Source: Alphaproteobacteria bacterium
Lineage (GTDB): Bacteria > Pseudomonadota > Alphaproteobacteria > RF32 > CAG-239
Assembly (NCBI GenBank): GCA_017480745.1
Contig: JAFUSA010000025.1
Location: 22,122 to 86,121 of the forward strand
DNA: 64,000 nucleotides
Direction of reading: 5' to 3'
Shown: in pieces, positions 27,146 to 36,235 of the stretch
How positions within the stretch are numbered: position 1 is the stretch's first letter
Layout of the letters: each line of letters begins with the position of its first letter
Notes under the pieces: generated by a model
Told to the model about the DNA's origin: nothing
What the model saw: the letters and a program-made list of their open reading frames with translations, nothing else
Databases searched by the model: none
Made by a program: the position numbers and the translations under genes

Positions 27146-27271
27146 TGGAAAACCTTTCGTAAAATACCCTTGTTCAGTGAGTACAGTTTAGCGCAAATAT
27201 ATAAAATAAAAAGAATTTGTTAACAATTATTAACAAGCAATTCAAAAAAGTTTTGTATGGAAAATCAGGTT

Positions 27272-27286
27272 TTAAATATATATTAA
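27272..27286. promoter_or_regulatory. Candidate CtrA box (TTAA-N7-TTAA) upstream of ctrA
   Basis: TTAAatatataTTAA lies about 130 nt upstream of the ctrA start. The AT-rich context makes a chance match plausible. Confidence 0.25.
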
Positions 27287-27337
27287 ACATTAGCATATAA
27301 ATTAGCAACATACGGTTTTAACTATAAGGTATGTATA

Positions 27338-27946
27338 ATGAAAAGTTTTTGCAAGATTTTGTGCGCATGTGCCGTTGTGTTTGGCTTGAATGCGTGCGCA
27401 AGTATGAATAATGATGAGGCAACACCTGAAAGATTCAGTGATTTGCATTTTGATAACAAAGCTCCTATACAATTACAGGTTAAAAAAATTGATGTAAAAT
27501 CAGAGTTTACTCCGTCTTTTACTCGACCTAACGTAGAACATCTGTTTCCGATTTCTATTGAAAAAACAGCCAAAACTTGGGCCGGCGAACGTTTGGAAGC
27601 AGTTGATTTTGCTTCTGACAGAGTGGCAGAATTTATTATTCAGGATGCAAGTGTTACAGAACGCGAGGAAAAAGCCGAGCAACTTTTGCAAAAAGACCGT
27701 TTAAAGTATCATGCCACCTTGAAAGTTATTTTGCGTGTGGTTGATTCCAAATCATCTGCTCAAACTTCGGTTGAAGCTTATCGTGAACTCACAATGCCGA
27801 TTGATACAGCGATTGATGATAAGGAAAAACATTGGAATGAAATGGTTATTAAGCTGTTTTCTGCCTTTGACGAGCACATGAGTTTGAATACTCAAAAATA
27901 TTTAAATATGTATATCAAGGGAGATAATACGATAACCACATATTAA
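27338..27946 (+). CDS. Lipoprotein (hypothetical)
   Basis: MKSFCKILCACAVVFGLNAC contains a lipobox (L-N-A-C). 202 aa, no family recognised. Confidence 0.6.
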   Translation: MKSFCKILCACAVVFGLNACASMNNDEATPERFSDLHFDNKAPIQLQVKKIDVKSEFTPSFTRPNVEHLFPISIEKTAKTWAGERLEAVDFASDRVAEFIIQDASVTEREEKAEQLLQKDRLKYHATLKVILRVVDSKSSAQTSVEAYRELTMPIDTAIDDKEKHWNEMVIKLFSAFDEHMSLNTQKYLNMYIKGDNTITTY

Positions 27947-28353
27947 CAAGCAAAAGCGTAGAATTTAGCCGGTGTTTGCGAAAGTTGCAACACCGGTAAT
28001 TTTATATTTAAACGTCTTCCTGTCTCGGTTTGAGCCACACACGCACCATATAAAACCGTATCACGGTCAACGATGGCAGTATCTTCATATTCAAAATATT
28101 CTCCCGGTTCTAAATCAGGTAATTCGCCATTAAAGCCGTCACTTAAATCATAAACGTTATTTCCGGCACTGTCGGTTAAGCAAAAATCTTTTTTCAATAA
28201 ACGGATTCGCTGATCAGAATTATTTTCAATGCGCAGACAATAACCCCATAGCGAACGTCTTTCATCATCGCTGTCTAATTGCTCTTTATAGGCGCACACG
28301 GTAATATCGTCTGTTTCTGCTGTTAACTCAGTATCATCTGTCCAATCAAGCAT
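27943..28353 (-). CDS. apaG: ApaG (DUF525) domain protein
   Basis: The pattern ...YCLRIENNSDQRIRLLKKDFCLTDSAGN...GELPDLEPGEYFEYEDTA...LYGAC... matches the ApaG consensus (Y.I.I.N...V.LL.R.W.ITD..G...G..P.L.PGE.F.Y.S). Confidence 0.7.
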   Translation of the reverse strand: MLDWTDDTELTAETDDITVCAYKEQLDSDDERRSLWGYCLRIENNSDQRIRLLKKDFCLTDSAGNNVYDLSDGFNGELPDLEPGEYFEYEDTAIVDRDTVLYGACVAQTETGRRLNIKLPVLQLSQTPAKFYAFAC

Positions 28354-28596
28354 TTTCCAAAAACCTTTCTGTTGATTATTAAGAATTCATTAACATTTTA
28401 AAAAGTGCAAGCATATTTTTTAGTTATGCAACGACTTATGCACAAGATTCGTTTTGCTCTGCGTAATTTAATGTTTTACTTTATCAAAAAACGATCAAAA
28501 ATGCCAATAGTTCCCTAAATGATACTATGGAGCCCAAAAGTGCCTACTTTTTTTTTGCAAAAAAAGGATTATAATATAGGCAAATGGAGGAATTAC

Positions 28597-29988
28597 ATGA
28601 AGACAATCAATAAATTAAATATTTCCGGAGCAATGGTTTACCCTTTGATTGAGGGTGGTAAAGGAATTAATGGAACAGACGGAAAAAGTTCCGGTGCATG
28701 GGCAAAAGAAGGCGGAGTTGGCACAATTTCAATGGTTAGTCCGACAGAAGTTGATTTTTCCGGAACTATTATTCCCGAAGTTTTTCATGAAAAAATAAGA
28801 GAAAGGCGCCATCGTGAAATGGTGGAATATGCAATTCGCGGAGGTATATCACAAGCACAAATTGCCCACGAAATTGCCGGAAACAACGGACGTATTCATA
28901 TTAATATGCTGTGGGAAATGGCGGATTCCGAAGAAGTTATAACTCGCGTATTAGATGGAGCAAAAGGGCTTATTCACGGTGTAACATGCGGTGCAGGTTT
29001 GCCGTATAATTTGGGAGCCATTGCCTCGTCGCACAATGTTTATTATTACCCGATTATTTCTTCGGCTCGTGCCATGGCTATTTTATGGAAACGCTCGTTT
29101 AAAAATTATGCCCATTATTTAGGCGGTGTGGTTTATGAAGATCCATGGTTGGCCGGTGGACATAACGGACTTTCAAATGCCGAAAATCCATTGCAGCCGG
29201 AACGTCCGTATGAACGTTTGATTTCTTTGCGCAAAACATTGGTGGAACTCGGGTTGCCTGATTTACCGATAATTATTGCCGGCGGAGTGTGGAGCTTGAG
29301 TGATTGGCAGGATTATATAGATAATCCGGAGTTAGGTAATGTGGCGTTTCAGTTTGGAACGCGCCCGATGATAACCAAAGAAAGCCCTATCAGCGATGCG
29401 TGGAAAATGCTGATGTTGCGAGCCCAAAAGGGTGATGTTATTTTGCAAAAGTTCAGTCCGACCGGATTTTTTTCTTCGGCAATTAAAAACAAGTTTTTAA
29501 GCAATCTTATACGGCGCAAAAAAGCCGAGATCACATATAGCGACAGCGCAACGGATGAGCTTAGTTGGCTGTTGCCTATTTCTCCGACTAAGGCCGTTTA
29601 CATTAATCCGCAAGATAAAGCTAAGGTGGAAGAGCAACGCAACTTAGGATATAGTATGATTAAAGAAACACCGGATAGCACTTTGGTATTTTTAACTCCT
29701 GACGAATGGTTAGAAATGCAGAAACAACGTGCCGAATGTGTTGGATGCTTATCGCAATGCCAATTTTCATCGTGGTCAAGAGCAAACGGAACAACCGGAA
29801 AGATTCCGGATCCGCGCACTTATTGCATACATAATACTTTAATGAATATTGGACATGGTGGAGATATTGAAAATAATCTTGCCTTTGCCGGACACAATGT
29901 GTATCGTTTCGGCAGTGATCCGATGTATGCGAACAAACATATTCCGAGTGTCCACGAATTATTTGCCGCTCTTTTAGAAGGTAAATAA
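28597..29988 (+). CDS. Nitronate monooxygenase (NMO/FabK-like) family flavin oxidoreductase
   Basis: Start at ATG 28597 after GGAGG. Motifs IEGGKGING..., VTCGAGLPY and PIIIAGGVWS are typical of the 2-nitropropane dioxygenase-like TIM-barrel family. Confidence 0.55.
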   Translation: MKTINKLNISGAMVYPLIEGGKGINGTDGKSSGAWAKEGGVGTISMVSPTEVDFSGTIIPEVFHEKIRERRHREMVEYAIRGGISQAQIAHEIAGNNGRIHINMLWEMADSEEVITRVLDGAKGLIHGVTCGAGLPYNLGAIASSHNVYYYPIISSARAMAILWKRSFKNYAHYLGGVVYEDPWLAGGHNGLSNAENPLQPERPYERLISLRKTLVELGLPDLPIIIAGGVWSLSDWQDYIDNPELGNVAFQFGTRPMITKESPISDAWKMLMLRAQKGDVILQKFSPTGFFSSAIKNKFLSNLIRRKKAEITYSDSATDELSWLLPISPTKAVYINPQDKAKVEEQRNLGYSMIKETPDSTLVFLTPDEWLEMQKQRAECVGCLSQCQFSSWSRANGTTGKIPDPRTYCIHNTLMNIGHGGDIENNLAFAGHNVYRFGSDPMYANKHIPSVHELFAALLEGK

Positions 29989-30066
29989 TTATTTACGCCG
30001 ATTAACATTGCATCTGCCGCTGAGAAATATATCTGCCGGCAGATGCTTTTTTCTTAATAAAAATGT

Positions 30067-30306
30067 TTGACTTTTATTTTTTTTGTGATATAGTAAACTC
30101 ATGATGAGGTAACTTGTCTGAGGTGTGACAACCTCTTTTTCACTCGCTTTTAAAGAGCGTTATTTTTCCGGTGTTGACCGGAAGGTTGCGGAATAGATTT
30201 CAATACGCAACACTATTCAGTGAAAAGTAGTTGTCAACTTCCGGCCGCCTCAGTGGGCGGTTAATTTTGTAATGAAATAACTAATTTGATGAAAGGGAAG
30301 TTTACT
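30067..30306 (+). promoter_or_regulatory. Promoter plus conserved structured 5' leader of paralog 5 (reference copy for the helix coordinates)
   Basis: TTGACT 30067-30072, N16, TGaTATAGT (-10 at 30089-30094). P1 30120-30135, P2 30145-30159, P3 30166-30183, P4 30186-30210, P5 30212-30231, distal CTTCCGG 30238-30244, CCGCC-tcagt-GGGCGG 30245-30260 followed by TTAATTTTG, SD GGAAGT 30296-30301. Confidence 0.72.
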
Positions 30307-31041
30307 ATGGAAAACTTAAAAATAAAAAATATAAATTGCCACGCTGCACTCGCAATGACAAAAAATGCGCAGAGTGGTCGTTCAATGATAGAGATGTTGG
30401 GAGTTCTTGCTATAATTGGTGTGCTTTCGGTGGGCGGAATCGCCGGATACAGCAAGGCAATGATGAAGTATCGTATTAACAAAACGATAGAACAAATAAC
30501 TCTTATTGCCGGTAATATTCGTGCCTTTTGGGGACCACAGAAGAATTATGATGGAGTGCGTTGTAGTAGTAATTTTCATGGCACTTGCGAGGCCTCCGGT
30601 TGCATGGGTGTTTCCGGCGTTGATGCAGACGGAAATTCTACCTCTGCTTACAATGGCTGTCCGATAGTTAAAAAAGCCAAAATATTCCCTGATGAAATGA
30701 TTACCGTAACTGATGGTAAGATTATGTCTATTACCAATCCTTTTGGTGGTGGGGTTTGGTTAGGAACACGGGATAAAGCCAAAGGCGGTGATAATCAGGC
30801 GTTTTACATCAATTATACTATTGGAGATAATGAAGAAGCATGTATTGAGTTAGCAACTCATGATTGGAGCAATGCCGGAGCTTCTATAATCAATATTAAT
30901 GACTCTTATGTTAGCAAAACTCCTGCGGATTTAGAAATTGCCACGCAATATTGTAGTGATGGAGATGATAATGACATATGGTTATATTTTGATGTAGATG
31001 CCAACTCAACTTATTGGACTGCACAATTAGGCGAACGTTAG
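30307..31041 (+). CDS. Prepilin-like protein, paralog 5 of 7 (24-aa leader peptide, Cys-rich C-terminal class)
   Basis: The start is set at ATG 30307 by homology (the track start at 30286 is TTG inside the RBS). MENLKIKNINCHAALAMTKNAQSG|RSMIEMLGVLAIIGVLSVGGIAGYSKAMMKYRINKTIEQI; also KKAKIFPDEMITVTDGKIMSITNPFGG and EEACIELATHDW. Confidence 0.78.
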   Translation: MENLKIKNINCHAALAMTKNAQSGRSMIEMLGVLAIIGVLSVGGIAGYSKAMMKYRINKTIEQITLIAGNIRAFWGPQKNYDGVRCSSNFHGTCEASGCMGVSGVDADGNSTSAYNGCPIVKKAKIFPDEMITVTDGKIMSITNPFGGGVWLGTRDKAKGGDNQAFYINYTIGDNEEACIELATHDWSNAGASIININDSYVSKTPADLEIATQYCSDGDDNDIWLYFDVDANSTYWTAQLGER

Positions 31042-31117
31042 GAAAGCGTTCTATACACTAACTATGCTTGGCATTAGGTTAAAAGCAAAAGAAATATGGA
31101 GATATTTTGTTTGCTTC

Positions 31118-31468
31118 TCAGTCGGCAAACTCCATAAATTCCGTATAGCGTTTGCCATAATTTTCGGCATAAGTGAGTGCAACGTCGCACATAATTTTGT
31201 TGTTAAACTGTTCAATAAAATAATCATCCGGCGTTGCACTCAACAGAGCATCTTCTCTGTTATATTCCAAAGACAACCCTAATAGTGCCGTTTTTAGCGG
31301 CTCTGCCATCATTTTATCATAATTTTCGGCAGATATTTTGAAATGCGCCGTTTTTTCCGTTTCATTGTTTTTAATAAACTTGGCCGCAGTCATAAGCCGA
31401 ACATACTCCTGCAACAAAATTGAAGAAAAAATTTTCAAAGGTTCTTTGGGCGCTTCCATTATCAACAT
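31118..31468 (-). CDS. Hypothetical protein
   Basis: 116-aa ORF convergent with paralog 5. No family recognised. Confidence 0.4.
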   Translation of the reverse strand: MLIMEAPKEPLKIFSSILLQEYVRLMTAAKFIKNNETEKTAHFKISAENYDKMMAEPLKTALLGLSLEYNREDALLSATPDDYFIEQFNNKIMCDVALTYAENYGKRYTEFMEFAD

Positions 31469-31545
31469 CCTTTACTATATTTACGGTTGACATTAAACCA
31501 TTAGCGACGTAATGTCAACTTAAACATTTTTTTAGGGGAATTAAT

Positions 31546-32259
31546 ATGGAAAATTCAAAAATATTACCAGCTTCTATTTTAGCTTTGGGTTTGGCTCTGG
31601 GTGGTTTTTTTCCAGGGTATTATTATTGTAAAACTCATGCCGATTTACGTTCGGTAACGGTTAAAGGATTAGCGGAAAAAGATGTGGTGGCTGATATGGG
31701 AATTTGGAATATTCAATTTACCGTCAGCGGCAATAATTTAGCCGATTTGCAAAAACAAATAGAAAATCAGGCCGGTGAAATCAATAAATTTTTACAGGCA
31801 CAGGGATTTGATGCGGCGGAAATTAATATCGGACGTATTGAAACAACCGACTTAATGGCTAATCCGTATCGCGATAACAATGCGCTGGAATCTTCACGTT
31901 TTATTTTAACTCAATCCGTTGTTGTGCGCTCAAATAAAGTTAACACAATTTCGTCGGCAATTTCCGACAGTAACGAATTAATTGGCAAAGGTATAATTTT
32001 CAGCAATCAATCGGCTTCATACTTTTTTACCAAACTTAATGACATTAAACCGCAAATGCTAAAAGAATCTACCGAAAATGCTAAACATGCCGCTTTGGAA
32101 TTTGCTCAAAACAGCGGTAGTAAAGTGGGAAAAATACACACGGCAAACCAAGGTGTATTCTCTATTTTGGCAAGTGATGATCCAAATGCTTATGAACCTT
32201 CACAGATTAACAAAAAAATCCGCGTAGTTTCTACCGTGCAATATTTATTGGAAGATTAA
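31546..32259 (+). CDS. SIMPL (DUF541)-like periplasmic protein
   Basis: 237 aa with an N-terminal anchor or signal (ILPASILALGLALGGFF). The overall pattern resembles YggE/SIMPL proteins. This is a recall-level assignment. Confidence 0.5.
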   Translation: MENSKILPASILALGLALGGFFPGYYYCKTHADLRSVTVKGLAEKDVVADMGIWNIQFTVSGNNLADLQKQIENQAGEINKFLQAQGFDAAEINIGRIETTDLMANPYRDNNALESSRFILTQSVVVRSNKVNTISSAISDSNELIGKGIIFSNQSASYFFTKLNDIKPQMLKESTENAKHAALEFAQNSGSKVGKIHTANQGVFSILASDDPNAYEPSQINKKIRVVSTVQYLLED

Positions 32260-33734
32260 TCTTCGTCAATTATTTTAAAATACGGATACGAACTTCCCTC
32301 AGGATATTTGTGTTCCGCTTCTTTAACGGCTTGTATGAATAAATCTTTTATACGTACAAGCTGATTATTTTTCATCAGAGTTTCTTTTGATAAGGCTTTG
32401 AAAGCATCAAAACCCAACTCTCCCGAAGCAATAAACGGATCCACCGCGCAAACAATAAATTCTTCCGGATGCAAAGCTTTCCCCTCGTCATTAAGTAGAG
32501 GCACATCATTTATATAGATTTGCTTAATTTGTCCGAAATTGTTTTCATCACGTCTACATACAAGTGTAAGATTGTGTGAGCATTGCAAAAATCTGGTGTT
32601 GCCGGTTTTTTGTATATAGCGATTACGAACGGCGTTATTAAAAACATCTTTTAGCTTATCTGCATTGATTTCAACTGTTTGCACAGGAGACTCGGCAAAA
32701 AAAGCCCGCTCGATATTGTAGTTAGTCAATATTTTATCTTTTTCATAACGCAACGCGTGTGTCATATATCCGGTTGAGATAATTCCCAACTTTGCCCGAC
32801 CGGCAATTTTCATTTGGTCAGCCACAAACGAACCTAACGGACACGGCGCGGAATAGTCGCGGCTCAAATCAAGAGTGCTACGTGCAATCGGAGTATTAAG
32901 ACCGCTTTTTTCCTCAAAATCTTTTATCGGTGGTTCAAAAAAATCTAAAAGACATTCATCTTTGCAATTAATTTCTTCCAAAAAATGCAACTCGGTCGGT
33001 TTTTGACTGCAATTTAATTGAAAATGAAGCATGGTGCGGCTGAAAGCATGGGGATAATAGATCCTTTTTTCTTTTATTGGCTCCAAGTAAGAGTGTTCAT
33101 GTCCGCCAATCAGCAAATCCAAATTAATTCCATAGTTTTCGGCATCTTCCGCTAACGATATGCTACTTGGCTCTAATGCATGATTTAGAATAATAAATAC
33201 ATCAGGGTTAATATGTTTTATAGTGTCCTTTAATTCGGCAAATGCAGTATTGATATCTATCAAGTTCAGTCCGTATTTTTGCAAACGTATGTAATTTACA
33301 CAAAACGCGGTAACCATAACTTTTTTATGGTTTATTTCCAACAAAATATAGGGATCTACCCATTTTGGATATTTTCCGCTGTTTAAATCACGCAAGTTAG
33401 CACACAAAACATGAATGTTGTTTTTATTGAATATTCCACAGGTTTTAATCAAAAAATTAAGCTGCTCCGAATTGAAGCCAAAGTCGTTATTGCCAAGCGC
33501 AAGCACTATTTTAGCTTCCGGCAGGTGTTGTCGCAGTTTAATATACGAGTCAACGCTCAAATTACGGTCATATATTCCCTTAAACAAATCACCGCCATCA
33601 CAAATCAGCGTATTTTTACCGTTATTTTGTGCTCTGCGTATTATTCCGCTAAACAAACAGCAGAGCTTGCGCGCTTCCTGATGGCTGTCTGTCAGAGCAA
33701 AAACATCTATGTTATTATTTTGCGTATTCATCAT
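32256..33734 (-). CDS. Metallophosphoesterase / 5'-nucleotidase-family protein
   Basis: DVFALTDSHQE, CDGGDLFKG, LGNNDF and GGHEHS are calcineurin-like phosphoesterase motifs. The C-terminal half is 5'-nucleotidase-like. Confidence 0.6.
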   Translation of the reverse strand: MMNTQNNNIDVFALTDSHQEARKLCCLFSGIIRRAQNNGKNTLICDGGDLFKGIYDRNLSVDSYIKLRQHLPEAKIVLALGNNDFGFNSEQLNFLIKTCGIFNKNNIHVLCANLRDLNSGKYPKWVDPYILLEINHKKVMVTAFCVNYIRLQKYGLNLIDINTAFAELKDTIKHINPDVFIILNHALEPSSISLAEDAENYGINLDLLIGGHEHSYLEPIKEKRIYYPHAFSRTMLHFQLNCSQKPTELHFLEEINCKDECLLDFFEPPIKDFEEKSGLNTPIARSTLDLSRDYSAPCPLGSFVADQMKIAGRAKLGIISTGYMTHALRYEKDKILTNYNIERAFFAESPVQTVEINADKLKDVFNNAVRNRYIQKTGNTRFLQCSHNLTLVCRRDENNFGQIKQIYINDVPLLNDEGKALHPEEFIVCAVDPFIASGELGFDAFKALSKETLMKNNQLVRIKDLFIQAVKEAEHKYPEGSSYPYFKIIDED

Positions 33735-33846
33735 TTTTCTTCAACGATTGTTAAAATACACATATTTCTATGTTTATCAATAAAAAATTAAAAAAATTCG
33801 TCGTATTGTAGAAAAAATAAAATAAACCGGCGAAAGGACTGCGCAA

Positions 33847-34497
33847 ATGAAAAAGTTTATTTATGGATTAATGATGTTAAGTTTATGTTCTTGTGCACAA
33901 GACATATATCGCTTGCAAATAGATAATAGCATGAGTGATGCGCACGGTCATAGTATATATTTTCGCAGTAATTTGCGTAGCACCTATGCTTCGCAGATTC
34001 GTCGGGTATTGAGCAATAAGTTTAGCGAAAGCGGAATGAAAACGGCAACTTCGGCAACAGATGCCGACTTTATAGGTATTTTTGATATTGAAACATTTTA
34101 CAAACAAACATCAGGCTATAAAAATACATCATATACTAATACTCAGGGAGATTCCGCTCTGTTTACGGCAGATGAAGACAGTGCTTCACTTGCTTATACC
34201 GGTAATGCCAATATGATTGTGGATGCCGACAAAACATGCTTTACCTTAAATATGGGGCGTAAAGATACTTCGAAGATTTTGTATAATTCAACTTTTTGTG
34301 CTTCCGGAGTGCAAGAACCGGAAAATATTTTGCCGCAAATCTTGGATACTTATGGTCAATATGCAAATTATCAGTCGGCTAATGTAACATTGCAATGTTT
34401 AGGGCAGGAAGATAATGTCTCCTGCAAAGTGGTTCGAGAACAAAAACAAATATTTTTCAATTCGCTGAATGATAAATTGAAAAGAATATATAATTAG
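33847..34497 (+). CDS. Lipoprotein (hypothetical)
   Basis: MKKFIYGLMMLSLCSCAQD contains a lipobox. 216 aa. Confidence 0.55.
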   Translation: MKKFIYGLMMLSLCSCAQDIYRLQIDNSMSDAHGHSIYFRSNLRSTYASQIRRVLSNKFSESGMKTATSATDADFIGIFDIETFYKQTSGYKNTSYTNTQGDSALFTADEDSASLAYTGNANMIVDADKTCFTLNMGRKDTSKILYNSTFCASGVQEPENILPQILDTYGQYANYQSANVTLQCLGQEDNVSCKVVREQKQIFFNSLNDKLKRIYN

Positions 34498-34679
34498 GTG
34501 CGTGTTGAAAAAATGAACTCTTTTACCTTTGAAATGCGTCGGTGGGCTATGTTACGCAGAATATTGTAAAAAAATTTAGAAAAAAACTTGACAACTTTAA
34601 AAAAAAGAGCTAAATTCAAGGCCTGTTGATTTAATTTTGTGTTAGTTACCATTATTGTGAAACTTAAAAACGTTTGTTT

Positions 34680-34850
34680 ATGACAAAGAAGAAAAGCATC
34701 CGTCGTGATGCAAAGAAACCTAAGGGTTCGAACAAAAAGCAGAAAGCTAAAACAGAGTACCAACGTGAGCGTGATGCCTACAAAGCTATGCCAAAAAGCC
34801 GGAGGCATCCTGTGAAGCCTGGCAAACCACAGTTTGTTAACCACGATTAG
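34680..34850 (+). CDS. Small, highly basic hypothetical protein (56 aa), below the ORF-track length cutoff
   Basis: ATG 34680 to TAG 34850: MTKKKSIRRDAKKPKGSNKKQKAKTEYQRERDAYKAMPKSRRHPVKPGKPQFVNHD. An upstream TTGACA-N17-TAAATT promoter-like pair and a downstream 11-bp-stem terminator (about 34876-34912) are present. There is no SD. Confidence 0.45.
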   Translation: MTKKKSIRRDAKKPKGSNKKQKAKTEYQRERDAYKAMPKSRRHPVKPGKPQFVNHD

Positions 34851-34947
34851 CGTTTGCTGTTTGTAACTAAATCAAAGGTTGTTCCGAATTTATTTTCCGA
34901 ACAACCTTTTTTAATGAATTGTCTAACCAAATATATATTTTTATGTT

Positions 34948-35202
34948 ATGGATAAGGAAAAGCGTAAGAGTATCGAAAGGACCGTTTTAAGGCTCATTAA
35001 CGAGCAAATAGAAAATGAAGCTCATTTGAGTGACGATTTGCAAGATGATCTCGGTATGGATTCTTTGGATATGGCTAATTTGTGTTGGCTCTTGAATGTT
35101 GTGTATGATAATGCCACTTTTACTATTCCGATGTTTGACGGTTGTAAAACTGTTGAGGATGTGGTACATCAGGTAGCAAATGTTCTAAAAGAACATGATT
35201 GA
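34948..35202 (+). CDS. Acyl carrier protein-like (stand-alone phosphopantetheine-attachment domain)
   Basis: 84 aa with DDLGMDSLDMANL, the ACP DSL serine motif. Confidence 0.65.
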   Translation: MDKEKRKSIERTVLRLINEQIENEAHLSDDLQDDLGMDSLDMANLCWLLNVVYDNATFTIPMFDGCKTVEDVVHQVANVLKEHD

Positions 35203-35450
35203 TTAAAAATAAAAAACTTGCCTCTGTTATGCAGACGCGAGTTTTTTTATGTCTAAAAATTGTAAAAATTTTCATTTTTATCTTGCATACCTAATAAAAG
35301 TATGTTATAAGTTGATTAATTTCCAATATAATTATGACTACAAATAATGTTTACATATTATAAAACATTCTCAGGTGAAGCGTCGCTTGCAGTTATGTCA
35401 GATTTGCGGAAAGAAAATCTAAGTTTTTTTTAATATTTAAAATTTTGCTT

Positions 35451-36023
35451 ATGAAAAAGTTTTTTGCATTGATCTGCGTTTTTGCAGTGGTGACGGTTCA
35501 TGTGGTTAACTGGATTCTCTGTGGCTCAGACATGTCTATTTTAGACCATGTTCTGATGACTGTCGGTTTGGTCGCTTCCTGTGCTGCCTTTATTAAAATG
35601 GTGCGGCTTTACAACTGGAAGGAAACTATATCGACAAGCGGTGGTGCCATGATGCTCTCGTCGGTTGGCTTGTTACTGACAGAACTGATGGCTGTTGATT
35701 GGGGAACTGCGCCGGATATTTACGTGGATGCGCTTTCGGCAATGCCTGTTATGCTCTTGCTGTATGGAGGTTCTACTTTTCTGTGGGCCGAGATATACGA
35801 GGGAAATTTCAGTGCAGATGTTCCGGTAACTGCCATATGGGTCAAAAGTTTCGCCGTATTGTTTACCAGTTTGGCATGTTTGTGTACACTGAGCCTTATT
35901 GAGGCATTTATAAGTGTGCCACGTCTGCTTTTCGGTGCCACCGAAGTAGTCGTTTTTTTCTCTGGTATCGCTTGGATCATTTTGATGATAGTGTTCATCT
36001 GGCAAAGTTTCAGAAACAAATGA
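35451..36023 (+). CDS. Integral membrane protein (hypothetical)
   Basis: About 190 aa from the ATG at 35451, with five or six hydrophobic helices. G+C is higher than in flanking genes. Confidence 0.5.
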   Translation: MKKFFALICVFAVVTVHVVNWILCGSDMSILDHVLMTVGLVASCAAFIKMVRLYNWKETISTSGGAMMLSSVGLLLTELMAVDWGTAPDIYVDALSAMPVMLLLYGGSTFLWAEIYEGNFSADVPVTAIWVKSFAVLFTSLACLCTLSLIEAFISVPRLLFGATEVVVFFSGIAWIILMIVFIWQSFRNK

Positions 36024-36235
36024 GAATGTGAGGAAAGAAGAAAGCTGTTTTTTTGAGGTAGTAACCTTGAAAAAACAGCTTTTGTTTTTATTAGCGATAG
36101 AAATTCTGAGCAAAAAAATATAAACAATTTTGTATTTTTACTCTTGATTTTGTCAAAATTATATGCTATATTGCCAAAAGTTTATAAATAATTGTGTTAG
36201 TTAACTTATATATTAATTTTATCATTGTTAAGTTT

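Noticed and set aside
27220-27234. TTAAcaattaTTAAC upstream of ctrA as a CtrA box
   Set aside because: The spacer is 6 nt, not the 7 nt required by the TTAA-N7-TTAAC consensus.
30101-30306. Identity of the leader with a known pilus-associated riboswitch (c-di-GMP-I/GEMM or c-di-GMP-II) or a T-box
   Set aside because: I could not find the conserved cores I remember for those classes: the GEMM tetraloop/receptor pair with its conserved ACGCACAGGGCAAACC-type segments, or the T-box specifier and T-box sequence. A covariance-model scan is still needed to exclude a known family formally.
34494-34844. 116-aa minus-strand ORF
   Set aside because: It is opposite the better-supported 56-aa plus-strand gene, which has promoter-like and terminator signals, and it begins inside the neighbouring lipoprotein gene's stop region.
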